In this document: piece by piece, positions 1-11,680 of the stretch
Position numbering within the stretch: position 1 is the stretch's first letter
How the letters are laid out: every line of letters starts with the position of its first letter
Assembly (NCBI RefSeq): GCF_006345805.1
Contig: NC_043008.1
Span: 75,516,001-75,580,000, forward strand
Direction: 5' to 3'
Length of the DNA stretch: 64,000 nt
Origin: Octopus sinensis
Lineage: Eukaryota
Program-made: the position numbers and the translations under genes
Notes under the pieces: generated by a model
What the model was told of the DNA's origin: nothing
What the model saw: the letters and a program-made list of their open reading frames with translations, nothing else
The model's database searches: none

Positions 1-137
1 TCAAATTCCGCCGAGGTCGAATTTGCCTTTTATCCTTTCGGGGTCAATAAATGAAGTGCCACTTGTGTACTGGGGTCGATCTAATCGACTGGCTCCTCCC
101 CCAAAATGTCGGGTCTTCTGCCTCGGGTAGAAAAGAA
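1..137 (+). mobile_element. tRNA-derived SINE family 1, 5' part cut by window edge
   Basis: B-box remnant TCAAATTCC, body GCCGAGGTCGAATTTGCCTTTTATCCTTTCGGGGTC and tail ...GGTAGAAAAGAATATT; same body recurs at 35866-36924, 57205-57427 and 59195-59636. Confidence 0.85.
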
Positions 138-230
138 TATTGTAGTTTGGCCAATAATACATATTTCTGTAACATTATTACAACCCAAATTTGTTACCAT
201 TCTATTTCCTCTTACAACACATTCTTTTAT

Positions 231-600
231 TCTTTAACTTGTTTCAGTCATTTGACGGCGGCCATTTTGGAGCACCATCTTTAGTCGAACAAATCGATCC
301 CAGGACTTAGTCTTTGTAAGCCTAATACTTATTCTATCGTTCTCTTTTGCCGAACCGCTAGGTAAACGCATCAATATCGGTTTGGTGGCGGGACAAACAC
401 AAACACACACTAATACATACATACATATGTATATACTGCAGACCTCTTTCAGTTTCCGCCTACCAAATCCATTCACAAAGCTTTAATCGGCCCGAGTCTA
501 TAGTAGAAGACACTTGCCCAAGGTGCCACGCAGTGGGACTGAATCCGGAGCAATGTAGTTGAGAAGCAAGCTTCTTACCACACAGCTACGACTACGCCTA
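231..600 (-). mobile_element. tRNA-derived SINE family 2 (CORE-like CCTTGGGCAAG segment)
   Basis: Minus strand reads head GCTGTGTGGTAAGAAGCTTGCTT...GGATTCAGTCCC, then GGCACCTTGGGCAAGTGTCTTCTACTATAG, an internal (TA/TG) spacer and a 3' body ending ATGACTGAAACAAG; partial copies at 18560-18745 and 31978-32050. Confidence 0.8.
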
Positions 601-1099
601 TGGCACGCCTACGACTCTATATATCATTCTTAATTTAGTCGCTAACTTTAAAGCATATCGTCCAGCTAAGTCCACAGATACTATCACATTCTATTGCACG
701 TAGCATTCAGCTTTCTATTCATTCATAGGATTAGAAAATATAATAGCACTTACGAAAGTGTTATACAGAAACTGGTCTGGCGATGAGGAGATCTAGCGAT
801 AGTTGAAGGGGTGGGGGATATGAATTTAAGTAGTCCCAAGTATATTTTGATTTTTATTGCTACTTTTAACAATTCGTGTCATCATCTACAGTGAATAAGA
901 CGGCAAAATGACATAATCAGTGGAACCTTTAAACATTTAACAAAGAATTCATCCCGTCTATGTGTGTTACTATTTTAAAGCCGTTTGCGACCTTATCACA
1001 GATGCAGTTAGAAGTAAAGCATCGATGCAAGCTTTTGAAACTAACATTTCCTATATATATCCTCCTGCAAACATTTTAACAAATCGAATCTGAAAAACT

Positions 1100-2960
1100 T
1101 ATAACTCTGATCAGGAACGCAGACAATTCATTCGTTTGCTTGCTGAAATACTTTTCATCTCAACTTCATAAAACCATTTCAGTGCCTTGTGTTAGTATGT
1201 AGTTAATCACCAACAACGACTAGATGGCCTAACGCAGATGCACCTTCAGATATCAAATATTTGGCAAAAAAGCCCTCAAACTAATTTGTAAATAAAACAA
1301 CAGAACTTAATATGTCATAATAAAACATTACCCGAGATGAGGATGACACTACACGGAAATAGCGCCAGGCTTATGACTCAACGAAATAACACAACAGAAT
1401 AGAATAAGGACAACCTAGAAAGAACAGAGTAAAAATATCTTTATCCTATTGTTCATAAAGGCAGTGTTTTAACAAAGATTGTGATGATTATAATAAACCA
1501 AAGAGCAATAAGATGTATTAATAAGAATGAAAAGGAGCAGATTCTTCGTGCTAAGAGGTAACAAATATCTCCTGAAAATATAAGCGAAATGCAAAGGCTT
1601 TCACACAGAAGTGTTTATTATAAAGAACCCCTAAATTGGGAGCGCAATACCAATTTTTTTTACGAAATCAAGATAAAATGCAATGTAAAAGTAATTAATA
1701 ATATCTTACAAGATGAGCTGGAAAAGAACTGAGATAAGATGTGTAGATTAAAATCTCTAATATTGGAAGTTTTGATAAATATCTCCAAAAGAGAGGTATA
1801 AATGTGAAGAGGAACTATTGGGAAATCGAATAATTATTGAAGATAACAAAAAGGGAAACTAATCTTCTCTCATATGTATAAATTAATTATCAAATATACG
1901 TTGATAACATACAAAGCTCTTCCTTATTAGAAACGCAGGAGATTCATCCATTATTAAGATAATATATCAACATTAATATGTACATATGGAAGAACAAACC
2001 AATAACAACGTGCAATAAAAGTGGATTGTACTTAAATGACAGCCTGTCACATAAAAAAGGAACTAATATGTCAGGAATACTACTCTTCTGTGTAATTCTG
2101 AGTCTATTAGCAAATGACACCCCAAATTATCACACTTTACATTATTAGAGTGAAGCGCCAACTGCATTGCAATTCAACTGTTATATCAAAATTTATTTTG
2201 GATCAGGCAAATGTACCAAAGTTACAGTAAGAGCAGCCAAATTCATTAAAACAGAAATGAAAGACGATTAGACGGTCCAAAACAAGACATAATGTGAAAA
2301 TACAAATATTCAATCAAAGCGGGATTGAATTATCTATTAAAGTAAAACTGGAACACAAAACCACGTAGTAATAAGAGACACGGCAATAGCTGAAAAGCTC
2401 TCTAATAAAGACAGAACGGAGAGTTTAATTTTAGTTCCGCAAAATCAATGTTTATTCACAAAAGTTACTAATAAAAAATAAAAGACCAAAGACTGAAGTC
2501 AACAACAGAATTCACAATACGGACACAAAATCAATTGACCACTTCATTACCGGATGTCTATACTTTGCAAAGAATATATCCAGAGACATGAGCGAGTAGA
2601 CAGCTAAATACATTGAGTGATGATCTATATGTCGTGGAATCTGAGAATACCGCCATACTAATATGCAACAAACGCAGTTTGTGATAATGACTGGGCTTTA
2701 ATAATGAGTGGCCTACCTCTCCACTCTGACAGCAAAATCAAAGCGAATAACAAACAGGAAGGAAAATATATGCAGATGTATATCGATTCCTTTAGATGGA
2801 AACATCATACGAATAAAGTCGAAAAGCTGTCAAAACTTACGAGCAACTCAGGAAATAGACTCGATGTTTTCTCTAATTAGTATAGTGGGTGTGATAGAGA
2901 AGAAAACTAACAAAATTCTAAAAGGTAAAGTATATGTACATCATTATACACAGTGAATAA
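1100..2960 (+). mobile_element. Heavily decayed R4/Dong-like LINE
   Basis: Broken frames give SIDHFITGC...KEYIQRHERV (2525-2610), ICRCISIPLDGN (ORF 2708-2956) and IVGVIEK, matching the CCHC and RLE region of the intact copies; weak AGDS remnant near 1945. The 5' boundary is a guess. Confidence 0.55.
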
Positions 2961-3249
2961 AATGTCTATCCTATATATTCATTGCAAAACAACTGCAATT
3001 CATAACCAACATAACACAATGTCTGCACTAACATCTTCCACTAGAATAAGATCAATTACATTGCACTTATTGTACGCGGTAATCAAACGGAACAGAGAAC
3101 TAAACAAATCAGACATTACAACTTAGATGTTGGTAGCAAATTATTTCTCAGTCAAACAAAAGACAATATTGAGCAACATAGCTTAAACATACAGTAAAAG
3201 CTTCTATTTATACTAGTTCTTAATGGGGCTGTATTTTATCGACTACGAA

Positions 3250-3560
3250 AATATGGTTGGCAAAGTTGAATTCAACTGGATTTAGGTATTTAAATTCAAA
3301 ATGTACAGAATGTGTAAAAAACTCACGAAGTGTTTTATCTGCGACGCTGGCTCTGGTGTTGTTAGATGGACAAGGAATGAGCTTGAAGAAATGATTAGAA
3401 AGACGAGAAAAAAGATAACAGTAAACAAGGAGTTGCAGACTAAAATCGATGCCGATAGATTGTGTATATCGAGAAACATGGAAAGAAGAGGGCGGATAGG
3501 ATGCTTTCTCTCTGTTATCAATCGGTAAATCAGTAGCAGATGTTTTGAAACATTTTGAAA
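3250..3560 (+). mobile_element. Decayed R4/Dong-like LINE fragment (post-RT region)
   Basis: ORF 3301-3528 WTRNELEEMIRKTRKKITVNKELQTKIDADRLCISRNMERRG aligns to WTRNELSKIDRKTRKILTGSRMHHPKSDIERLYIQRIEGGRG of the young copy. Confidence 0.7.
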
Positions 3561-3825
3561 TGTTTGTTTTAACAAGAAATTCAAAATAAAATACCACTGA
3601 GTTGCACCTCCAAAAGATGAGGCGATTAGTCGGAAATATTACCATCGTGATTCAGGCAATATCAGCAGTGAGGTTATTACAAAATAAATGATTGAACTAG
3701 TTTTAAGCAGTTGAAATGATTCATAAACTCTCAAAGTTTGCGGAGCTCTAAGTTGCCTAGACTTCACAGTATAGCGGCTATAATAATAAAAATGATGATG
3801 ATGATGATGATAATAATAATAATTC

Positions 3826-4347
3826 AGTACCAGGCAGTGGCTCTCAAGGCTTCTGATCTTAACTGATTGGAAGTATTATTATGTACGTTGTTTTGTCTTG
3901 GTATAAAAGATGGGCTACAGCAAATATTCTGCACAATACCACAGATTTGCTTGTCAGTTGTTTGATCTTAACCACTTGAGCATGTCCCTTAGTGGCTGAC
4001 GATATGTACATCTCCGATCACGAGCAGAAGTAGTGGGGGAGCATCATGGCCGTGTGTTTAAAGGAATTCTTAGAGGTTTGGCTAATTCACCTTTGGAAAC
4101 ATGTGTGTTTCGTTCAACATCCTTAAACAACCTTTCTTCAGGGACCTATTGAGCGGGATGGGTTACTCGATCAGAAGAAAATTCTAACTGGACCCCACCT
4201 GCAAGGTCATGTGCTCTTTATCTCGATATGAGATCACCATGTCGCGCACAAGTGTACCCTTATCAGACGGGTAGTTATGATGGGTATACTGGGCTTCGTA
4301 TATTTTACCACAGTGTCACCTTGATGGCATGAACTACTCCCTCACGC
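3826..4347 (+). mobile_element. Non-coding ~520-bp interspersed element with (AAT)n tail, copy 1
   Basis: Flanked by (AAT/GAT)n on both sides; no ORF; a diverged second copy follows at 4437-4806. Confidence 0.7.
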
Positions 4348-4436
4348 AATAATAATAATAATAATAATAATACTATTAATAATAATAACAACAACAACCT
4401 CCACCACCACCACCACAACAACAACAACAATAATAT

Positions 4437-4806
4437 TCTACTCAATACCACACATTTTCTTGTCAGTAGCTGACCTTAACTAGTCCTTGGTGGCTGACGA
4501 GATGTACATCTCTGATCACGAGCAGAAGTAGTAGAGGAGCATCATAGACATGTCTTGAGAAGAATACTTCGGTGTCCCGATAATTCACTTCTGGAAACAG
4601 GTGTTTCGTTCAACATTCTTAAACAAACCTTAATCAAGGAACTTTTGAGCAGGATGGACTACTCGAACTCAAGAAAATTCTAAATTGGCCACTTCTTGCA
4701 AGAGCATGCGCTGTATATCACAATTTCTCGCACTATGGTTGTGATGCATGTGTCTGTTGTACACCTATCAGTGTCACTTTGATAGCATGCACTGCTCGGT
4801 TAATCA
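4437..4806 (+). mobile_element. Non-coding (AAT)-tailed element, copy 2 (5'-truncated, diverged)
   Basis: Shares TGGCTGACGA, GATCACGAGCAGAAGTAGT, GTTTCGTTCAACAT, AAGAAAATTCTAA and CAGTGTCAC blocks with copy 1; ends in (AAT)n. Confidence 0.7.
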
Positions 4807-4831
4807 ATAATAATAATAATAATAATAATAA

Positions 4832-4869
<38 letters not shown>

Positions 4870-4912
4870 TAATAATAATAATAATAATGATAATAATAAT
4901 AATAATAAACAA

Positions 4913-6621
4913 CCTAATTACTGAAATGCTTTTGATAATATTCCCCACACGTGTATCCTAGAAACACTAGCCATGGACATGGTAGCACCAATAATCATAA
5001 AATATATAAAAAATTCCATGAATAAATGGCAGTCAGTGCTACAACTCCAGAGAAAAGAGGGGCTCATGAAAACCAAATCCATCCCCATTAGAAGAGGAAT
5101 ATTCCAATATTCCAATATTCTCTCTAATTATTCCAATATTCCAATATTCTCTCAATATTCTCTCTAATCTCCTGTATATGGATGATCTGAAACTGTACGC
5201 TATAAATGAAAAAACAGCTGGAAATATTACTATAGTCAGTACATGGATTTACCAAAAACTAAACATGGCAAATAAACAAAGCAACCTCGACAAGAGGACA
5301 ACTAGACTCTAAATAGTCTTTAACTAGACTCTAACTGGACTGTAAAGGAACTAATCAAGATACACAGGAAATCAAGAAAAATAAGGACAAAATTTAGGAT
5401 GCACCACCCAAAATCTGACGGAGAAGGTGATATATACAAGGTATCGAAGGTGGTAGAGGCCCTATAAATGTACAAAGATATTTAAAAACAACCACCATAG
5501 GACTACAGAAATGCCTACTTCAGAAGAAAGGAGACACTAACAAAACAAAAACTTGTTTTCAGTTTTAAGGAAGCTGACAAATACAAAAAAGAAGTCGTAG
5601 TACCTAACAACTGAACTCCAGACTAAAACTGGAATAGCAATGGATCATGATCAACCAATGGCAAAGAAAGCCCCTTCATGTCGAATACTGGGTTAAACTA
5701 AACAGAAATGTTATAGACAACACAAAATCTCAAAAGTGGTTGAGAAGCTCAGGACGCAAAGCAGAGACTGAATGATTTTTAAATGCAGCACAAGATCAAA
5801 GCTTCCCTACCAGAATTTACCAAAACCATATAATGAAAAGAAATACAAGTAACAGCTGAATATGAGGATATGGAGAAGAAACAATAAATCATATTATCTC
5901 TGGCTGCCCAGTCCTGGCTAAGAGGGAACATAATCACAGACATGACAGAGTTGAGGCCGACATACACTGGAAGCTATGCCAACATTATAGAATAACAACT
6001 GGAAAAGATGGTATAGGCACACGCCAGAAAAGCTCACAGAAAACGAGAAAGCAACCATACTCTGGGATATGCCAATACACACAGATAGAGAAATTAAGGC
6101 CAACAGACCAGATATACATGTCAGAGATCATGAAGAAACAAAATATTTTCTAATTGATGTATCAATACTCTGGGATATGCCAATACACAGAGGTAGAGAA
6201 ATTAAGGCCAATAGGCCAGATATGGTTGTCAGAGATGATGAAGAAAAACTGCTTTCTAATTGATGTATCAATACCAGCAGATGCCAACGTTCCTCTAAAA
6301 AGAAATGGAGAAACATTAAAAATTCAAAGATCTTGAAATAGAGGTAACTCGAATGTGGAATCTAAAACCGGAAGCAATTCCTATCATAGCAGGCGCATTA
6401 GGTACGATAAAAAATATTCAGACAAATACATAACAAAACACCAGGACTTACAGATATATATAACATACAGAAAATTGCACTACTAGGCACTGCACACATC
6501 CTACGCAAAACAATTTCAATACAGTAACCATAAGAGCATCACAACAAACCACAGCACATACCCAAGGCACACAGAGCTGTGCTCCGTAGTGAAGTGAAAG
6601 CACGCTATAAAAATAAAACTA

Positions 6622-6626
<5 letters not shown>
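4913..6626 (+). mobile_element. R4/Dong-like LINE subfamily A, older decayed 5'-truncated copy
   Basis: MKTKSIPIRRGIF, LYMDDLKLY, ETINHIISGC, RHDRV, KANRPD and LIDVSI motifs with stops, deletions and an internal duplication; 3' UTR ends CTACTG then (AAT)n. Confidence 0.9.
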
Positions 6627-6705
<79 letters not shown>

Positions 6706-6706
<1 letters not shown>

Positions 6707-8554
6707 GCAAACAGTCCTACACCTCCAAACAAAAGAGGGACTCATGAAAACCAAAGACATCCCCATTAGAAGAGGAATATTCCAGGGAGACACGCTCTCT
6801 CCACTCCTTTTCTGCTTGGCACTGTCACCTCTATCTGATATGCTAAATAGAACTGGATGCGGATATAAATGTTACGGCAAAACGATCGGCCACCTTTTAT
6901 ATATGGATGACCTAAAACTATACGTTGCAAATGACAAACAGCTGGAAACACTATTAAAGACAGTTCATGGATTTACCAAAGAAATAGATATGAAATTTGG
7001 ATTAGAAAAATGCGCCAAAGTAACCATGAAAAGAGGAAACCTAGTTAAGAGTAACAACATCACACTAGATAAAACCAATGAAATAAAAGAATTAGACCAA
7101 AGCCAAACTTACAAATACTTAGGAATCCATGAACTAGATAAGACACAACACACACAAATGAAAGAGAAAATAAAAAAGAATATTATAGACGAGTTAGATC
7201 AATACTAAAAACAGAGCTCAATGCTAAAAACAAGATAATAGGTATCAACACTTTAGCTGTCCCAGTTATAAGTTACAGCTACAATATCCTTAACTGGACA
7301 CGAAATGAACTGTCCAAAATAGATAGGAAAACAAGAAAAATACTGACAGGATCTAGGATGCATCACCCAAAATCTGACATAGAAAGACTATATATACAAC
7401 GTATAGAAGGTGGTAGAGGCCTTATACAGCTGGAGAATTACTATAAAATAACCACCATAGGACTGCAAAAATACCTACTTCAGAAGGAAGGAAAACTGAT
7501 CCAGATAGCAGCAAAACACGAGCAAAACAAAAAACTGTTCTCAGTATTTAAGGAAGCTGACAAATACAAACAAGAAATCATACCACCTAATAAACACAAA
7601 GAAGAAGAAGAAGATGATGAAGAAACAACAAAAGCTATAAAACAAATGAAATCCAAACTAAAAATAGAACAGCAACGAGCCATGATAAAACGATGGCAAG
7701 AAAAGCCCCTTCATGGTAAATACTGCACTAAACTAAACGCAAAAGAAATAGACAAAGAAAAATCCCAGCAATGGTTGAGAAGCTCAGGACTCAAAGCAGA
7801 AACAGAGGGATTTTTAATTGCAGCACAAGACCAAAGCCTCCCCACCAGAAATTACCAAAAACATGTAATGAAAAGAAATATTACAAGTAACTGCAGAATA
7901 TGTGGAGATGGACAAGAAACAATAAATCATATTATCTCTAGCTGCCCATTCCTGGCTAAGAAGGAATATATTCACAGACATGACAGAGTTGGAACCTACA
8001 TACATTGGAAGCTATGCCAACATTATGGAATAACAACAGAAAAAAGATGGTATAGGCACACACCAGAAAAGGTCACAGAAAACGAGAAAGCAACCATACT
8101 CTGGGATATGCCGATACACACAGATAGAGAAATTAAGGCCAACAGACCAGATATAGTTGTCAGAGATCATGAAGAAAAAAATGCTTTCTAATTGATGTAT
8201 CAATACCGGCAGATGACAACGTGTCTCTAAAAGAAATGGAGAAACTCTCAAAATACAAAGACCTGGAAATAGAGGTAACTAGAATGTGGAATCTGAAAAC
8301 GGAAACAATTCCTATCATAGTAGGTGCATTAGGCATGATAAAAAAATATTCAGACAAATACATAACAAAAACACCAGGACTTACAAACTCATATAACATA
8401 CAGAAAATTGCACTACTAGGCACTGCACACATCCAACGCAGAACACTTTCCATACAATAACCATCAGAACATCACAACAAATCACAGCACATACCCAAGG
8501 CACACAGAGCTGCGCTCGGTTGTGAAGTGAAAGCACGCTATAAAAATAAACCTA

Positions 8555-8558
<4 letters not shown>
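6706..8558 (+). mobile_element. R4/Dong-like LINE subfamily A, young 5'-truncated copy
   Basis: ORFs 6744-7208 (QGDTLSP, YMDDLKLY), 7358-8191 (CRICGDGQETINHIISSC, RPDIVV) and 8221-8460; frames broken at A-runs; (AAT)n at both ends. Confidence 0.95.
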
Positions 8559-8585
<27 letters not shown>

Positions 8586-8650
8586 TATAATAATAATAAT
8601 ATAATAATGATAATAATAATAATAATAATAATATAATAATAATAATAATA

Positions 8651-8720
<70 letters not shown>

Positions 8721-9539
8721 TAACAAGCATTAGCTGGATTTCTATGTGCAAACAAATAAACTATTTATTAGAAGCAATACAATGTCACTCCGCATCTAGT
8801 AATGTACTTCGATGGAAACAAAGGCAGGGGAAAAATCATGAAAAATGAAAAAAATGGTATGAATCTTTAACGGTAATCAAATATCAAAATAATTAGATGT
8901 GGTGAAAGCATACTGGGATATGGTGAAAAGAGAATTATAAAAGTAAAGAAAATCTGTAATAAAGAATACTTTCGGAGAATGAAGAACTTGTAACTGAATG
9001 TGTGAAATGGAATGTAAGCAATCATCTCGAGGGACATATTTAATATGTTTCTAAATATCGTATCTTTTACATTAATTTCATTTAGTTCTGTTTGTCTCCA
9101 ATACTTACGCATGTCTCATTCCCTACATTTTTGCCTATATATGTAATATATTGTGTGTAAAAAAATCACTTCGAAGAAGATAAGTACGTTAAATAAGTAC
9201 TAGCTGTACTTACTAAGGGAATATTCGTTTTGTATTGCTTTAACTTAAAAGTGCATTCAGTTGTGTTGTTAGTCCAAAGTTATAGTTTTCCGTCATATAT
9301 AGGCTTACACAGGATTTATCAATTTAACTTCATAGTCACATGCTTAATAGTCATTTGTGAGATGAGCAAAAAAGGAAGAGGAACTAAAAAGTAGAGAAGA
9401 TGGGAAATAGAAGGAACAAACAAATATCATTACTTAGCGATGAGAAACGTGTCTAAAATTATGAATTGCTTAAGTATACTCAATAGTAGAGATATCACAA
9501 TTTACGTATATATCAGTATATAGTTGTTTCAGATAAGAT

Positions 9540-9661
9540 ACACACACACATACACGCAAACAAGCATATATATATATAATTATATATATATATATGTGTG
9601 TGTGTGTGTATATATATATATACATAAATATAATATATACATATATGTGTGTTTGTGTGTC

Positions 9662-9711
<50 letters not shown>

Positions 9712-9770
9712 CGTATATATATTATATATATGTACATACGTATATATACATATATATATACATATATATA

Positions 9771-9813
<43 letters not shown>
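9540..9813. repeat. Compound (CA)/(TA)/(TG) microsatellite
   Basis: Direct reading. Confidence 0.95.
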
Positions 9814-9819
<6 letters not shown>

Positions 9820-9848
9820 TACTTTATTTTAAGCAGCAGAAAATTCAA

Positions 9849-9898
9849 CAAAATCTGTTACTCTGAGTTTCTCGTTGCCGTTCATCAGACAGTTTTTG
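9849..9898 (-). ncRNA. Type I hammerhead ribozyme fold
   Basis: Minus strand CAAAAACUGU CUGAUGA ACG-GCAA-CGA GAAA CUC-A-GAG UA ACAGAUUUUG: intact CUGAUGA and GAAA core, GUA triplet, 9-bp stem I with one A.A mismatch, GNRA-capped stem II with A.A at the 10.1/11.1 position. Confidence 0.75.
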
Positions 9899-10219
9899 CT
9901 AGAATGTATATATGTATATATATGTATATATATATTTGCGTGTGTGTGTGTGTATGTGTGCATATACACATATACATACTCACACACATATGTGCATATA
10001 CATAAACATTTATAATTGCTCGTTTTAGGAATCTCTTATTCATTTATAAATCTACTAACAGTTATGGAATGAAACTTTTCTGTTTCTCCTAATCAACTTA
10101 TGTCCTTCAATTTGCAATATTTCCAGTAGAAAATAATTTAGTAAGCTTCTTGAGTGAATTATTTTGTTGTTTTGATGCAAGAAGTTCAGCTTTACTTTCC
10201 TTGATGTGCGTACATAAAT

Positions 10220-10289
10220 ACGTGTGTGTGTGTGCGTATGTGTTTGTGTGTGTGTATGTCTGTGTGTGTGTGTGTGTGGGTGTGTGTGT

Positions 10290-10332
<43 letters not shown>

Positions 10333-10337
10333 CGTGT
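10220..10337. repeat. (TG)n microsatellite
   Basis: Direct reading. Confidence 0.95.
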
Positions 10338-10788
10338 GTTATATTTTTATAAGACTACTTGTGACAGTGCCATCATCCGAATGTCGTACATTTGATTTCA
10401 TCTTGATATAGACGCAGCTATGTTGAATGATATTTAGGGCGTATCGTAACTTCTGATGGGAACATATCTTGCAAAGTTGTTATTGCTTAAAATTGTAGTT
10501 AGTGTTATTGTCCAAACTTCAGTCATGAATGTAAAACCTTGTACTCAAGTGTACCTGATTAGGTAGGTCAACTTCAGGTCTCAGGGTTATCTTTTAGATT
10601 TCACAAAAGAATGCAAGTAGGCAAAACCTTTGTGAATGTGTAACTAGGCTCAATTGTTATTGATGACATTTGAACATTACTTAGGAGGTTTAGCAACTAT
10701 TCATGTAAAAGTATAAGCAATTTGAACGCTATCGAAAACTTCCATTTAAATTTAAATTGTTTTGATTATATATGCATACACATACATA

Positions 10789-10825
<37 letters not shown>

Positions 10826-10828
<3 letters not shown>

Positions 10829-11025
10829 CGTTTTGGGATTTGGTTTGCAAGATCCTTTATATGAGTTTGTGTTGAAGCATATTCTGTTGTGTCTGAGGAG
10901 AGTCATTCTCTATTGGTGCCTTATAATTTAACATACTCACCGGTAAAATTTCTACTTATATCTTTTTTTATTTTTCTAAAATTTTCATTGTGTCTTGCAA
11001 CCTTTTCAATAGTTATGTATATATA
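10826..11025 (+). mobile_element. Short (TA)n-flanked interspersed repeat, unclassified
   Basis: Homologous to 30352-30515 on the minus strand (GAGAGTCATTC...GTG(C/T)CTTATAATTTAACA.ACTCACC...TCTTGCAA.CTT.TCAATAGTT); lies between (TA)n tracts. Confidence 0.65.
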
Positions 11026-11026
11026 T

Positions 11027-11101
<75 letters not shown>

Positions 11102-11680
11102 TCCCAAAGATGATAGTTCTTGAAATTATTTCAAAACAGATATATAATCCTGTGCAAACTTCTATCCTTAATCTATTTTAAGATTATATCTACCTCCACA
11201 TACCAAACGTAGCCGAGGTAAACGAAGGTCAATGAAAATACAACAGCAAAACCTAAAAATAATTCATTCATTCAAATTCCTCAGTTCTTAAGCATAACTT
11301 CAACTGACATTAAATAATGGACCTTGGTGATACTGTACCGACAAAAGCACCAAGATGCACATCTGACAGTGTGCGGTCGATACAACTGAAACGAGCGTAG
11401 TAGGTCCACAAAAGAACGCTGTCACTAACTGCTTAATAAAATTATAAATGTGGAAAAGCTCTGTCCTGATTATCATGTATTCACACACACAAACACACAC
11501 ATATATATATATATATACATACATATTACGGAGATGTACTTGCATAGCAAGTGACCTGATCTGAGATCGTATGCTGGAACGAAAACAATTGCAGCGTGGA
11601 ATGTGTTTATAAGCCATTTCTGAATCACACAAAAACCGTAAGATTCACTTCATCATTTAATATATATATATATATATATA

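Noticed and set aside
4085-4150. Hammerhead-like CTGAAGA...GAAAC on the minus strand of the non-coding element
   Set aside because: No stem I pairing, GAAAC is sequestered in a GAAAC/GTTTC hairpin, and copy 2 lacks the CTGANGA.
10890-10915. CTGAGGA-GAG-TCATT-CTC hammerhead-like start
   Set aside because: No GAAA follows, and the homologous copy near 30490-30510 lacks the core.
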